64,000 nt of DNA from Candidatus Multivorans sp. (GCA_965247095.1 OZ251997.1:3552001-3616000); one strand, 5' to 3'. Positions 53,863-63,761 are shown, counted from the first letter of the stretch. Notes: a model not told the origin generated them from the sequence alone. Made by a program: numbers and translations.

Positions 53863-54807
53863 GTGACCAAAGTCGCCACCAACCGCCGGCGCCCCGCTGT
53901 CCTGGGCCTGCTGGCCTGCTTCTTAGTCGCGGTCGCCGCCGGTTGCGCGCCGGCCGAGCCGTCCGCGGAGGGCGCCGGGGCCGCGATCGTCGTCGACGCC
54001 GAGGCGGTGATGCGGGATCAGGTCGTGGCGCTGGGGCGGGATCTGGAGCTGCGCGGCGAGGCGCGCTCGGACGTCGTCGTCCTGAGCGGCGATGCCCGCA
54101 TCGACGGCACGGTGGCGGGCGACGTGATCGTGCTCGGCGGCGATGTCCACCTGGGACCGCCGGCCCGGTTGCTCGGCGATGTGTTCGTGCTGGGCGGCGA
54201 GGTGAACGCCGCGTCCGGGGCGGCGGTGGAGGGCCGCACGGTGGCCTATCCGCGGGCGCCGTCCTCTTGGCTCGTGCTCGCCGAGGGGCCGCTGATGGGC
54301 CGCTCGCCGCTGTCGCCCGCGGCGGCGATGCTCAACCTGGCGCTGCTGATGGCCTGGTTGCTCGTGTCGGTGGTCCTGGTCTGGGGCTTCGACTCGTCGC
54401 TGACGGTGACCGCCCAGAGTGTCCTGGAGCGGCCGTTTCGCAACTTCTTTGCCGGCCTGGTGGCGGTGCTCGCCGTGGCCGTGACCTTCGGCCTCCTGAC
54501 CGCGGCGGCGCCGGCCATGGTAGGAGCGCCGCTCCTCGTCGTCTGTGCCGTGGCGGCCATGGTGTGCAAGCTGTGGGGCACGGTGGCGGTGTTCATGGCG
54601 CTGGGGACGCGCCTGCTGCCGAACCGCCCGCGGGTCGCCGGCCGGCCGATGGCTGCCGTGCTTCTCGGGCTCCTCGCTCTGGGTCTGGTCAAGATGGTTC
54701 CCTATCTGGGTGGATGGACCTGGACCATCGTCACCTGCGTGGGGATCGGGGCGGCGCTGGACAGCAGGCTGGGGCGGCGTGAGCCGTGGTTTGACGGCTT
54801 GACCTGA
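53863..54807 (+). CDS. Membrane protein with a bactofilin-like beta-helix
   Basis: Repeated GDV-V-GG-V units followed by about five TM helices; downstream of the ECF pair. Confidence 0.8.
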   Translation: MTKVATNRRRPAVLGLLACFLVAVAAGCAPAEPSAEGAGAAIVVDAEAVMRDQVVALGRDLELRGEARSDVVVLSGDARIDGTVAGDVIVLGGDVHLGPPARLLGDVFVLGGEVNAASGAAVEGRTVAYPRAPSSWLVLAEGPLMGRSPLSPAAAMLNLALLMAWLLVSVVLVWGFDSSLTVTAQSVLERPFRNFFAGLVAVLAVAVTFGLLTAAAPAMVGAPLLVVCAVAAMVCKLWGTVAVFMALGTRLLPNRPRVAGRPMAAVLLGLLALGLVKMVPYLGGWTWTIVTCVGIGAALDSRLGRREPWFDGLT

Positions 54808-54851
54808 GGGCTTCGTTGCGTTCTGCGGCGCAGCCTCCTAGGCTGGCCGCG

Positions 54852-56684
54852 ATGTACTGCCAGGTATGCGGCACGCAGAACGGGGACGACGCGGAGTACT
54901 GCCAGCGCTGCCGGCAGAAGTTGATGGTGCTCTCCGGCGCCTCCGTGCCGCCTGCGGAGTCGCTGGATATTGGCGACGAGGAGTTCTCGTTCGACGAGCA
55001 CCTTCTGGAGCGCATCTCGATCCTGGAGGAGGTGCTCAAACGCACGGGCGAAACCGTGCAGAAGGTCCTGAGCGCCATGCACCGGCAGGAGGAGAGCATT
55101 CTCGTCCACCACGCCGGCATGCTTGCCCTTCGCGATCTTCTTGAACGCCAGGAGCTGATCGACGCCGCCGAGTGGAGCGATCTCTGGGAGTCCAAGATGG
55201 ACTACCAGTTCCTGGTGCTCGAGAAGCGGGAGCGGTTCGCGGCTGTCAAGGACCGGATCATCGGGCTCTACGAGGGTCGGCGCCGCGCCGGCTTCGAACA
55301 GCTTCTCGACGAGGCGGAGGTCGCTCTGGGCGGCCTCGACCTGGCCAAGGCGATGGAAGCCCTCGAGACGGCGGCCGTGGTCGACCGTGGCAATCACGAG
55401 CTGGCGCACTTCCTCGGCGAGTCGCACTTCCAGGAAGGACGCCTGGAGCGGGCGCTCGACTACTTCGGCTGTGTGCTGGCGACCAAGCCGGACCATGTCC
55501 AGGGTCTGGTCTACAGCGGCGTGATCCGTTTTCAGCAGGGTGAGGAACAACGCGGTCAGGAACTGCTGGAGAAGGCGGTCGTCCTCCATCGGGACGCCTT
55601 CCTCCCGCACTTCTGCCTCGGGGCGTCGCTGGCGGGCCGGGGGCAGTTGAAGTCGGCGGTGGCTTTCCTGGAACGCGCGGTCGAGATCGACGGGGTGCCG
55701 CAGGCGCTCTACCTGCTCGGTCGCTGCCGCTACGAGATGGGCCGGCTCGCGGCGGCGATCGAATCCCTCGGGCAGGCGGTGCAGGTCGACCCCTCGTTCG
55801 AGGAATGCCATCACCTCCTCGGTCTCTGCTACCTGGACCGGGGCTGGAACCGCAAGGCCCTGGCCGCGTTCCGCACCGCTCAGCAACTGAACCCGCGGCG
55901 GATGCGCTACCGCGATCTGGTCGCCTACCTCTCGGGCCGGACCGGCGCCGAGTTGCCGGCGACCAGTCCGGCGGCTGCCGACTGGGTGGGCCGCGGCGAG
56001 GAGGCGATCGGCGCCGGCGACGCGGCGGAGGCGCTGCGCTGCTACCGCGAGGCGCTCGCACTCGATCCGGACAATCCGACCCTGCTGATGACCTACGCCC
56101 TGGCGTGTCTCCGGCTCGACCGCAGTCAGGAGATCGGTCAGTTGACCCAGCGCGTGCTCGATTCGAATGCCGGCGAGATGCTGCGCGCGACGGCCTACGC
56201 GACCCTGATCGAGTCTCTGCGCAGCGAGGGGAAGTACTTGGAGGGAAACAAGGTCGGGCGCCGGCTGCTGGACGAGGGCGGGTCGAACTTCTCGAAGAGC
56301 ATCGCCTACTACGAGATGGCCTACAACCTGGCCGAGATGGACGAGGACCTGGACAAGGCGCTCGACTTCGCGCGCCGGTCCCTGGAGCACGCGCCGGAGG
56401 AGTTGCGCCAGTTCCCGCTCGCCGCGCTGGGTTGGGTCCACTACAAGCGCCGGGAGTTGGACGAGGCGATCGACTTCCTGTCGCAGTCGACGGAACTCGG
56501 ACCGTCGACGACGGTGCTCACCCGGCTGGGCATGGCGCTTCTGGCGTCCGGCGACGAGGATCAGGCGCGCGGCGTGCTGGCCCGGGCACGCCGGCTCGAT
56601 GACCGCGGTGGCGCGATCGAAGAACGGATGATGGAGTTCATGAAAGACTCCGCGCGGATCATCGAACGCGTGCGCGGTCGCTAG
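54852..56684 (+). CDS. Zinc-ribbon plus TPR protein
   Basis: MYCQVCG...YCQRC followed by many TPRs. Confidence 0.85.
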   Translation: MYCQVCGTQNGDDAEYCQRCRQKLMVLSGASVPPAESLDIGDEEFSFDEHLLERISILEEVLKRTGETVQKVLSAMHRQEESILVHHAGMLALRDLLERQELIDAAEWSDLWESKMDYQFLVLEKRERFAAVKDRIIGLYEGRRRAGFEQLLDEAEVALGGLDLAKAMEALETAAVVDRGNHELAHFLGESHFQEGRLERALDYFGCVLATKPDHVQGLVYSGVIRFQQGEEQRGQELLEKAVVLHRDAFLPHFCLGASLAGRGQLKSAVAFLERAVEIDGVPQALYLLGRCRYEMGRLAAAIESLGQAVQVDPSFEECHHLLGLCYLDRGWNRKALAAFRTAQQLNPRRMRYRDLVAYLSGRTGAELPATSPAAADWVGRGEEAIGAGDAAEALRCYREALALDPDNPTLLMTYALACLRLDRSQEIGQLTQRVLDSNAGEMLRATAYATLIESLRSEGKYLEGNKVGRRLLDEGGSNFSKSIAYYEMAYNLAEMDEDLDKALDFARRSLEHAPEELRQFPLAALGWVHYKRRELDEAIDFLSQSTELGPSTTVLTRLGMALLASGDEDQARGVLARARRLDDRGGAIEERMMEFMKDSARIIERVRGR

Positions 56685-56730
56685 CGCCGCTGCTCCGTAC
56701 CGAATCGCCTTCAGAGGTCCCGGCAAGACG

Positions 56731-58458
56731 ATGCGTTGGAGCAACTACTACCTGATGACCGCCCGCGAGGCGCCCAGGGACGCCGAGGTCATAAGCCACC
56801 GGTTGATGGCCCGGGCGGGCCTGCTGCGGCGACTCGCGGCCGGGATCTACACGTTGCAGCCGGCCGGCTGGCGGACGCTGCGCAAGCTGATGGGAAACGT
56901 CCGGCGGGAGATGGAGCGGGCCGGCGCGATCGAACTGTCCATGCCGGCGATCCAGCCCGCCGAGTTGTGGGAGGAGTCCCAGCGCTGGTTCAAGTACGGC
57001 GCCGAGCTCTTGCGCATGGAGGACCGGCATGGCCGGCGGTTCTGCTTCGGTCCGACGCACGAGGAGGTGGTCACCGATCTCGTGCGGCGCGACGTGAAGA
57101 GTTACCGCCAGTTGCCGATCAACCTGTTCCAGATCCAGACCAAGTTCAGGGACGAGATCCGGCCTCGCTTCGGGCTCATGCGCGGCCGGGAGTTCCTGAT
57201 GAAGGACGCCTACTCGTTCGACGCTACAAAGGAGAGTCTCGACCGGAGCTACCGGGCGATGCACGCCGCCTACTCGCGCATCTTCGAGGCCTGCGGCCTC
57301 GAGTACTCCGTGGTCGAAGCGGACTCCGGGACGATCGGCGGTTCGTCGTCGCACGAGTTCATGGTGCTCGCCGACACGGGTGAGAGCGCGGTCGCAAGTT
57401 GCGCCGCCTGCGGCTACGGCGCGAACGTGGAGCGGGCGGAGGTCGGCGAGCTGCCGGTGCCGGCCGCGGATGGCGGCGAAGCCCCGAGGGAGGTCACGAC
57501 GCCGGGAACGACGACCGTGGCACAGGTTGCCGAACTGCTCGAGGTCGAGCCGGCGCAGGTGGTCAAGACGCTGATCTACGCAACGGACGACGGCCTGGCG
57601 GCGGTCGCGATCCGCGGCGACCGCGAGGTGAACGAGGTCAAGCTGCTGAACATTCTCGGCGGCCTCGGCCTGCGTCTGGCGACGGTCGAGCAGGTCGAGG
57701 CGGCGACCGGCGGTCCGCACGGCTTCTCGGGTCCGGTGGGCCTTCCCGCCGAGGTGCGCCTGGTGGTGGACGAATCGGCCCGTCCTCTCGCCGGCTTCGT
57801 CTGCGGCGCCAACAAGGGCGACCGGCACCTCGCCTCCGTACGCTGGGACCGCGACGTGGCGAGCACGCGGCCGGTCGAATGGGTCGACGTGATGACCGCC
57901 GCCCACGGCGATCCGTGCCCGCGCTGCAGCGGCGGCGAGCTGCGGCTCTCGCGCGGCATCGAGGTCGGCCACATCTTCAAGCTGGGCACGACCTACTCCG
58001 AGAAGATGAACTGCACCTTCACGGATGAGCACGGCCGGCTTCGACCGATGGAGATGGGCTGCTATGGCCTGGGCATCGGGCGCACCGCCGCGGCCGCGAT
58101 CGAGCAGGGCCACGACCGCGACGGCATCATCTGGCCCGTGCCCCTCTCGCCGTTCACGGTCGTTCTCACTTCCCTCGATCCGGGCGACGAAGCGGTGCGC
58201 TCGGCCGCCGACTCGCTCTACGAGGAACTCATGGACGTGCTCGCTCCTGCCGGTTTCGACGTGCTCTACGACGACCGTGCGGAACGGCCCGGCGTCAAGT
58301 TCAAGGACGCCGACCTGGTCGGCTTCCCGGTCCGGGTCGTGGTCGGCGCGCGCTCCCTCGCGAACGGGGGCGCCGAGGTCTCGAACCGGCAGGACGGCGA
58401 GCGCGAGGTGGTTCCGTTGGACCAGGTGTCAGGCGTCGTCCTCGGCCGGCTCCGCTAG
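56731..58458 (+). CDS. proS: Proline--tRNA ligase (with INS editing domain)
   Basis: GPTHEE, KFRDEIRPRFGLMRGREFLMKDAYSF, GIEVGHIFKLG and MGCYGLG. Confidence 0.98.
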   Translation: MRWSNYYLMTAREAPRDAEVISHRLMARAGLLRRLAAGIYTLQPAGWRTLRKLMGNVRREMERAGAIELSMPAIQPAELWEESQRWFKYGAELLRMEDRHGRRFCFGPTHEEVVTDLVRRDVKSYRQLPINLFQIQTKFRDEIRPRFGLMRGREFLMKDAYSFDATKESLDRSYRAMHAAYSRIFEACGLEYSVVEADSGTIGGSSSHEFMVLADTGESAVASCAACGYGANVERAEVGELPVPAADGGEAPREVTTPGTTTVAQVAELLEVEPAQVVKTLIYATDDGLAAVAIRGDREVNEVKLLNILGGLGLRLATVEQVEAATGGPHGFSGPVGLPAEVRLVVDESARPLAGFVCGANKGDRHLASVRWDRDVASTRPVEWVDVMTAAHGDPCPRCSGGELRLSRGIEVGHIFKLGTTYSEKMNCTFTDEHGRLRPMEMGCYGLGIGRTAAAAIEQGHDRDGIIWPVPLSPFTVVLTSLDPGDEAVRSAADSLYEELMDVLAPAGFDVLYDDRAERPGVKFKDADLVGFPVRVVVGARSLANGGAEVSNRQDGEREVVPLDQVSGVVLGRLR

Positions 58459-59781
58459 GACATCAACCCGCAACGCAACAATCCGGTTCCCGTCCACCTC
58501 CAACACCTCAAGACGCAGGCGCCCGGCTTCGACGGCGTCGCCCGGTTCGGCGGTGCGGCCGAGTTCGGAGAGCGCGATGCCGGCCACGGTGTCCTCCTCG
58601 CGCGCGTCGGCGATCTCGATCTCGAGTTCGTCCTCGAGGTCGTCGATCAGCATTCCGCCGAGAACCTTGTAGCCGCCGTCCTCGAGGCGGACGAATTCCG
58701 GGACCTCGGCGTCGAACTCGTCCTGGATCTCGCCGACGATCTCCTCCAGGACGTTCTCCAGCGTGACGAGGCCGGCAACGCCGCCGTATTCGTCGAAGAC
58801 CGCCACCATATGGATGTGCTCGTGGCGCATTCGGGCCATCAACTGGTCGAGCGGCAGGGTCTCGGGCACCGCGAACGTCTCGCGGGCGATGTCGCGCAGG
58901 GAGGCCGGCGGATCCTCGGCAATGAACAGGTCCTTGATGTGGACCAGGCCGATCAGTTGGTCGAGGTCCCCCTCGCAGAGCGGGAAGCGGGTATGGCCGC
59001 TGCGGCGCGCGCGGTCGAGATTCGCCTCCATCGGGGCGGTGGCGTCGAGGTAGACGACCTCGGTGCGGGGCACCATCACCTGGCGGGCGTTGCGGTCGGA
59101 GAGTTCGAACACGTTGTCGAGCAGCTCCCGCTTGGGGTCGGAGAGTTCGGTGTCCTCCTCGGAGGCGAGCAGACTCCGGATCTCCTCCTCGCTGTGGGCC
59201 AGTTCGCCGTGGCCGACCGGTTCGATGCCGAACAGGCGCAGGACGGCGTTCGCCATCTGGTTCAGCACCCAGATGCCGGGATAGGTGATCCGGTAGAACG
59301 CCCACAGCGGCAGCGCGACCCAGAGACTCGTCGGTTCGGGTTTGCGGATCGCCAGCGACTTCGGCGCCAGTTCGCCGAGCACGATGTGCAGCATGCTGAT
59401 GAACAGGAAGGCGACCGTCAGGCTGGCCGATTGGGCGACTCCCGGAGACAGGTTCGGCACCAGGTTGAACAGCGGCCTGAGCAGCCAGGTGACCGCCGGC
59501 TCGCCGATCCAGCCGAGACCGAGGCTCGACAGCGTGATGCCGAGCTGGGTCGCCGACAGGCAGGCGTCGAGCTGGTCGATCATGCGCTGCGCCATGCGGC
59601 CCCGGAGGGTGTCCACATGCGGGGCGATCTGGGTCGGACGGACCTTGACCAGCGCGAACTCGGCGGCGACGAAGAACCCGTTCAGGCCGACCAGGAAGAT
59701 GGCCAGGGCGAGCCCCCAGCCGGGCGGGAGTTCTGCGAGGCCCATGGGCGGCCCGGTGACCGCCAGGAACTGCGGCATCAT
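58429..59781 (-). CDS. CNNM/CorC-HlyC family protein (DUF21-CBS-CorC)
   Basis: NGFFVAAEFALV, GELAPK, VMVPR, HTRFP and DEYGGVAGLVTLE. Confidence 0.93.
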   Translation of the reverse strand: MMPQFLAVTGPPMGLAELPPGWGLALAIFLVGLNGFFVAAEFALVKVRPTQIAPHVDTLRGRMAQRMIDQLDACLSATQLGITLSSLGLGWIGEPAVTWLLRPLFNLVPNLSPGVAQSASLTVAFLFISMLHIVLGELAPKSLAIRKPEPTSLWVALPLWAFYRITYPGIWVLNQMANAVLRLFGIEPVGHGELAHSEEEIRSLLASEEDTELSDPKRELLDNVFELSDRNARQVMVPRTEVVYLDATAPMEANLDRARRSGHTRFPLCEGDLDQLIGLVHIKDLFIAEDPPASLRDIARETFAVPETLPLDQLMARMRHEHIHMVAVFDEYGGVAGLVTLENVLEEIVGEIQDEFDAEVPEFVRLEDGGYKVLGGMLIDDLEDELEIEIADAREEDTVAGIALSELGRTAEPGDAVEAGRLRLEVLEVDGNRIVALRVDVLAEPAEDDA

Positions 59782-59948
59782 CGGCGCTCAGCCCGAAGGA
59801 AGGCCGGGGGCCGCGGCGAACGGGACGAGTGGCGCTCCTCCTGGTCTGTTGAGGTGCGCTGGTCGGAGTCCGGGTCGGGTTCGTCCGGACTGGGGTCGGA
59901 TGGCGAAGGATCCGAAGCTTCGTCGTTCACGCGCGGAAAGCCTAGCAG

Positions 59949-60226
59949 CTAGGAGGGCGCTACAGCCGCCGAACCCGTCGCAGACTCCCTGTTTGGCCCC
60001 AGCCCCCACCTCACCAGGAGCTTGCGCCGCAGAACTGATTGCATTGCGTTTCTGCTACGCAAGCTTGCATGGAACAAGCTCCTGGGAACGCGGGCATCCT
60101 GCCCGCATCCGGACGCCGCGTCGTTCCCTGCGCGACAGCGCAGCGATACCGCTGTGGGTACTTGCATGGAACAAGCCCTGTTCCCTGTGCGTCAGCGCGG
60201 CGCGGACGCCGCGACTCGACTCCTAG
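59949..60226. mobile_element. Composite CTAG-bounded MITE-like repeat element
   Basis: Ends read CTAGGAG...CTCCTAG; contains sub-repeats shared with 34465..34528, 36425..36527 and the GCGGGCATCCTGCCCGC REP. Confidence 0.55.
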
Positions 60227-61467
60227 TCGTGCCAGCTCCGGGGCTCGGTCTGGCGCCGGACGTGGAGGCCGGCTGCCGCGATCGACTCGATCAACTCTTC
60301 CACGTGCTCCGGGCCGCGCGTCTCGAGCCGCAGCTCGATGTGCACTTCGTTCAGGCCGAGCGCTGTAAACGCGCGTTCGTGGTGGGTCTCGATCACGTTG
60401 GCGCCGGCATCCCCGACCAGGTTGAGCAGCGCGCCGAGGGCGCCGGGCCGATCCTTGACGCAGACATCGAGCTGCACCAGGCGGCCGTCCTTGGTCAGGC
60501 CGCGCTCGATGATGCGGTTGAGCAGGGTGACGTCGATGTTGCCGCCCGTCAGCACCATCGCCGTCCGGCGTCCCTTCGCCTGCGGCACGTGGCCGCCCTT
60601 GACCGCGGCCAGGACGGAGGCGCCGGCGCCTTCGACCACCGTCTTCTCGCGCTCGAGCAGCAGCAGCACCGCGTTGGCGATCTCCTCCTCGTCCACCGTC
60701 ACCAGGTCGTCGACGAGTTCCGCGACCAGCTTCAGGGTCAGGGCGGCCGGACGCTTGACCGCGATGCCATCGGCGATCGTGTGGCGGCGGTCGACGGCCA
60801 CCGGCTCGCCGGCGGCGAGGCTCTCTCTCATCGAGGGTACGGCCTCCGTCTGCACGCCGATGATCCGCGTCTGCGGCCGGTGCGCCTTGTACGCCGCGGC
60901 GATGCCGGAGATCAGGCCGCCGCCGCCGACCGGCACCACGATGACCTCGAGGTCGGGCGCCTGGGCCATCAGCTCGAAGCCGATGGTGCCCTGCCCGGCG
61001 ATCACCTGGGCGTCGTCGAACGGATGCACGTAGGTCGCTCCGTTCTCCGCTTCCAGTTCGTGCGCGTGGGCCTGGGCATCGTCGAACGTCTCTCCGGCCA
61101 GCCGCACGTCGGCGCCGAAGCTGCGCGTGTTCGTGACCTTGATCAGCGGCGTGGGCAGCGGCATGACCACGGTCGCCTCGAGGCCGAGCCGGCCGGCGTG
61201 GTAGGCGACCGCCTGCCCGTGGTTGCCGGCGGAGGCGGTGATCAGACCCCGCTGCCGCTCCTCTTCAGAGAGCGTGAGGATGCGGTTCAGAGCTCCCCGT
61301 TCCTTGAACGAGCCGGTCATCTGCAGGTTCTCGAGCTTGAAGTAGGCGTCGAGACCGCAGAGCCGCGAGAAGTACTCCGACCGGGCGCAGGGGCTGACGT
61401 AGATCGAGCCGGCGATCCTTCGCCGCGCCTCCTCGATCAGCTCCGCCATCTGGAAACTGGATGTCAT
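60223..61467 (-). CDS. ilvA: Threonine ammonia-lyase (with ACT domain)
   Basis: KLENLQMTGSFKERGA, SAGNHGQ, PVGGGGLISG and DRPGAL. Confidence 0.93.
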   Translation of the reverse strand: MTSSFQMAELIEEARRRIAGSIYVSPCARSEYFSRLCGLDAYFKLENLQMTGSFKERGALNRILTLSEEERQRGLITASAGNHGQAVAYHAGRLGLEATVVMPLPTPLIKVTNTRSFGADVRLAGETFDDAQAHAHELEAENGATYVHPFDDAQVIAGQGTIGFELMAQAPDLEVIVVPVGGGGLISGIAAAYKAHRPQTRIIGVQTEAVPSMRESLAAGEPVAVDRRHTIADGIAVKRPAALTLKLVAELVDDLVTVDEEEIANAVLLLLEREKTVVEGAGASVLAAVKGGHVPQAKGRRTAMVLTGGNIDVTLLNRIIERGLTKDGRLVQLDVCVKDRPGALGALLNLVGDAGANVIETHHERAFTALGLNEVHIELRLETRGPEHVEELIESIAAAGLHVRRQTEPRSWHD

Positions 61468-61507
61468 CCTGCGATTCTGCAACAAAGCGGCACTTGCGGG
61501 GCGGAGG

Positions 61508-62956
61508 TCAATAGCGGGTGTCGATGTAGTAGGCGGACCGGCCGGGGCAGGGGTAGCCGGTCTTGTCCTTGTGCTTGTTGAGTCGGCTGGTGCGCGTCTT
61601 GCGGTAAAACCGCTTGCCGCAACGGTTGCACGCGTAGACATAGGTTGGTCCGCGGGAGCGGCTGCGCGGGCGCGGTGAACGGAGGCCCTTCGGGCCGGTC
61701 AAGGCGGACCGTGTTGACAGCACACTGCCTCTGGTGGCGGTCGGTGCGACGGAGACGGGGCCCGAAGGGGTGAGTTCGACTTCGAAGCGCGGGATGAAGC
61801 TCTCGTTGGTGACAAGCGCGCCCTGGATTCGGTCGAGCCGATAGCTACGGTGGGCGTTCTTGTCGCGGTTGTGGGCGTGGAGGATGATGTCGTCTGCGAG
61901 GGTGCGGCGCAGGGAGTAGGGTTCGATCCGTCGGGTCGAGCCCTGATAGAGGAGATCGACACAGAGTCGGTTGGACGCGGCGAAGCGGATGACATCGAGA
62001 TGGGCTTGCATGGTCGGCCAGGCATGGATGGGGACCGAAGCGGGGAACGGAACGATGCGGGTGCGGATGACGTCCTCGCCGGCTCCGCCGAGATACGCGG
62101 CAAGCGGACGGGGTGCGCGGCCGTTGGCGAGCCATGTGAAGAAGGCGGGCAGTTCGTCCCAGAAGGTCTCGAACGGGGGCAGCATGGGTAGCTGGTGCGC
62201 GAGCATCTGCGCCCAGCCACTCTCGAGCAGGGGGCGTGACGGCTCGAGGTGGCTGAAGACAGGTAGGTCGATGCCTTTGAATGCACACTTTTGACGAAGC
62301 ACGTTGGCAAGCACAGCCGGCTTCGGCCGTGCGTCGACACGGCGAAAGAGGTTGACGACATCGTAGAGGTCGCGGGGCCGGGCGCGTTCGGCAAGAGTTC
62401 TGGTCTTTTCGGCGAAGGCCTCTTCGTACGCGTACGACCCGATGGCGATGCCCTCGGGCGGCTCGTCGCTGTAGGGGTGAAAGACGCGCGAGCGGACCGC
62501 AGGGAGGACGAGGACCTCGTCGGCGGTCAGGTCGAACTTGACGCGGGGCATGTTCGAGCCGCGCGGGGAGACCGGGCCGCGGTAGGCGATGCGGGCTTGG
62601 CAGGAGAGTTTTCCGCAGGGGTTCCGGTAGAGGTCGAACCGCTGGGCGTCCGTGGGGACCTCGATCCCGGTGCGGTCGTAGACGGCGTCGGCGACGCCGG
62701 CGAACACCTTGGTCAGGAAATCCTTGTCGAGATGGGCGTCGTCGGCAAGAGTGAAGTCGAGGTCCTCGGAGAACCGGTAGGTCTCGAAGAAGCACTTCTT
62801 CAGGCAGGTGCCCCCCTTGAAGGTCCAAGTGTCGGCGATCGCTTCGTGGTTTGCGACGCCCCAGAGCAGCCAGCCAAGGACGTAGTCTTTTTCCACGACG
62901 TGGGGCGTGAGCCCGAGGCCTGTCGCCGCGTCGAGGATCTCGCGCTTGTCAATCAT
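61508..62956 (-). CDS. AbiEii nucleotidyltransferase toxin fused to WYL and Zn-finger domains
   Basis: VEKDY, FKGGTCLKK, RFSEDLDF and RPRDLYD; then WYL-like RRIEPYSL..RSYRLDRI; then CNRC..H..C. Confidence 0.88.
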   Translation of the reverse strand: MIDKREILDAATGLGLTPHVVEKDYVLGWLLWGVANHEAIADTWTFKGGTCLKKCFFETYRFSEDLDFTLADDAHLDKDFLTKVFAGVADAVYDRTGIEVPTDAQRFDLYRNPCGKLSCQARIAYRGPVSPRGSNMPRVKFDLTADEVLVLPAVRSRVFHPYSDEPPEGIAIGSYAYEEAFAEKTRTLAERARPRDLYDVVNLFRRVDARPKPAVLANVLRQKCAFKGIDLPVFSHLEPSRPLLESGWAQMLAHQLPMLPPFETFWDELPAFFTWLANGRAPRPLAAYLGGAGEDVIRTRIVPFPASVPIHAWPTMQAHLDVIRFAASNRLCVDLLYQGSTRRIEPYSLRRTLADDIILHAHNRDKNAHRSYRLDRIQGALVTNESFIPRFEVELTPSGPVSVAPTATRGSVLSTRSALTGPKGLRSPRPRSRSRGPTYVYACNRCGKRFYRKTRTSRLNKHKDKTGYPCPGRSAYYIDTRY

Positions 62957-63761
62957 GTGTGGGCGCTTTCGGCCACTGTACCGGCACCCGGAGGCGCCAC
63001 CGGCGAACGGGGTGCGAACATGGCAAGGCGGGGTCGAGCTTGGCGTATCCCTTGGTGAGCCTGGTGCGGCAAGCGTCGGCGAGCGGGATGTCGCCGCGCT
63101 GTTCCGCCAGGAAGCCGAGGCGCTTGAACACGGCGCCGTTGCCCAGGGTCTCGGCATAGTCGACCAGGGCATCGTCGTTGCGGTCGTCGTGCGGCAGGTA
63201 GGCTGCGACACAGTCGGCGACATGCTGGACGCCGCCGCCGATGGCGGGTTCGTCGAGGAGGTCAACGATCGTGCGGTGCACGTCTGACACCGGAACTCTG
63301 GTACTGCCGCGCCAGACGCCTGCGGTGCCGAAGAGCTTCCGGGGAAGGACATGGCGCAACAGAAATGGCGTGCCGTGATGCGCTCGGTGTTTGGCGTGTA
63401 CGGGCCGCGTGGTCATGACGACGATGGGCCGGAACAGTTGCTCGGTGAGGTCCCAGTGTTCGGCGGCGGTCCAGCCGCCGATGTAGGCTGGCGCGAATAG
63501 GGCAGGGACAAGTACCCAGGGATCGTCGAGGACGTGTTCGCGGTCGATGGAGTCCAATTGCGCCAATGCATAGGTGCCGGGGCCGACGCGTCTCAGCCAG
63601 CCCTGGCGAACCCAGCGCCAGAGCATCTTTGTAGCCGCCGGCCGGGTGACGGCCAGGGCGGCGACGGTGTCGTCGATACGGATGAGATCGTTGGCCTGCC
63701 TCGCGACGGCCGCGAGGTTGCGCCTGCCTTGGGGGATGGACGATGTGCGGGGTTTCTGCAT
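62949..63761 (-). CDS. AbiEi-family type IV antitoxin / transcriptional regulator
   Basis: wHTH (GWLRRVGPGTY), YIGGWTAAEHWDLTEQ, RTIVD and KRLGFL; overlaps the toxin by 8 bp. Confidence 0.88.
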   Translation of the reverse strand: MQKPRTSSIPQGRRNLAAVARQANDLIRIDDTVAALAVTRPAATKMLWRWVRQGWLRRVGPGTYALAQLDSIDREHVLDDPWVLVPALFAPAYIGGWTAAEHWDLTEQLFRPIVVMTTRPVHAKHRAHHGTPFLLRHVLPRKLFGTAGVWRGSTRVPVSDVHRTIVDLLDEPAIGGGVQHVADCVAAYLPHDDRNDDALVDYAETLGNGAVFKRLGFLAEQRGDIPLADACRTRLTKGYAKLDPALPCSHPVRRWRLRVPVQWPKAPTHD

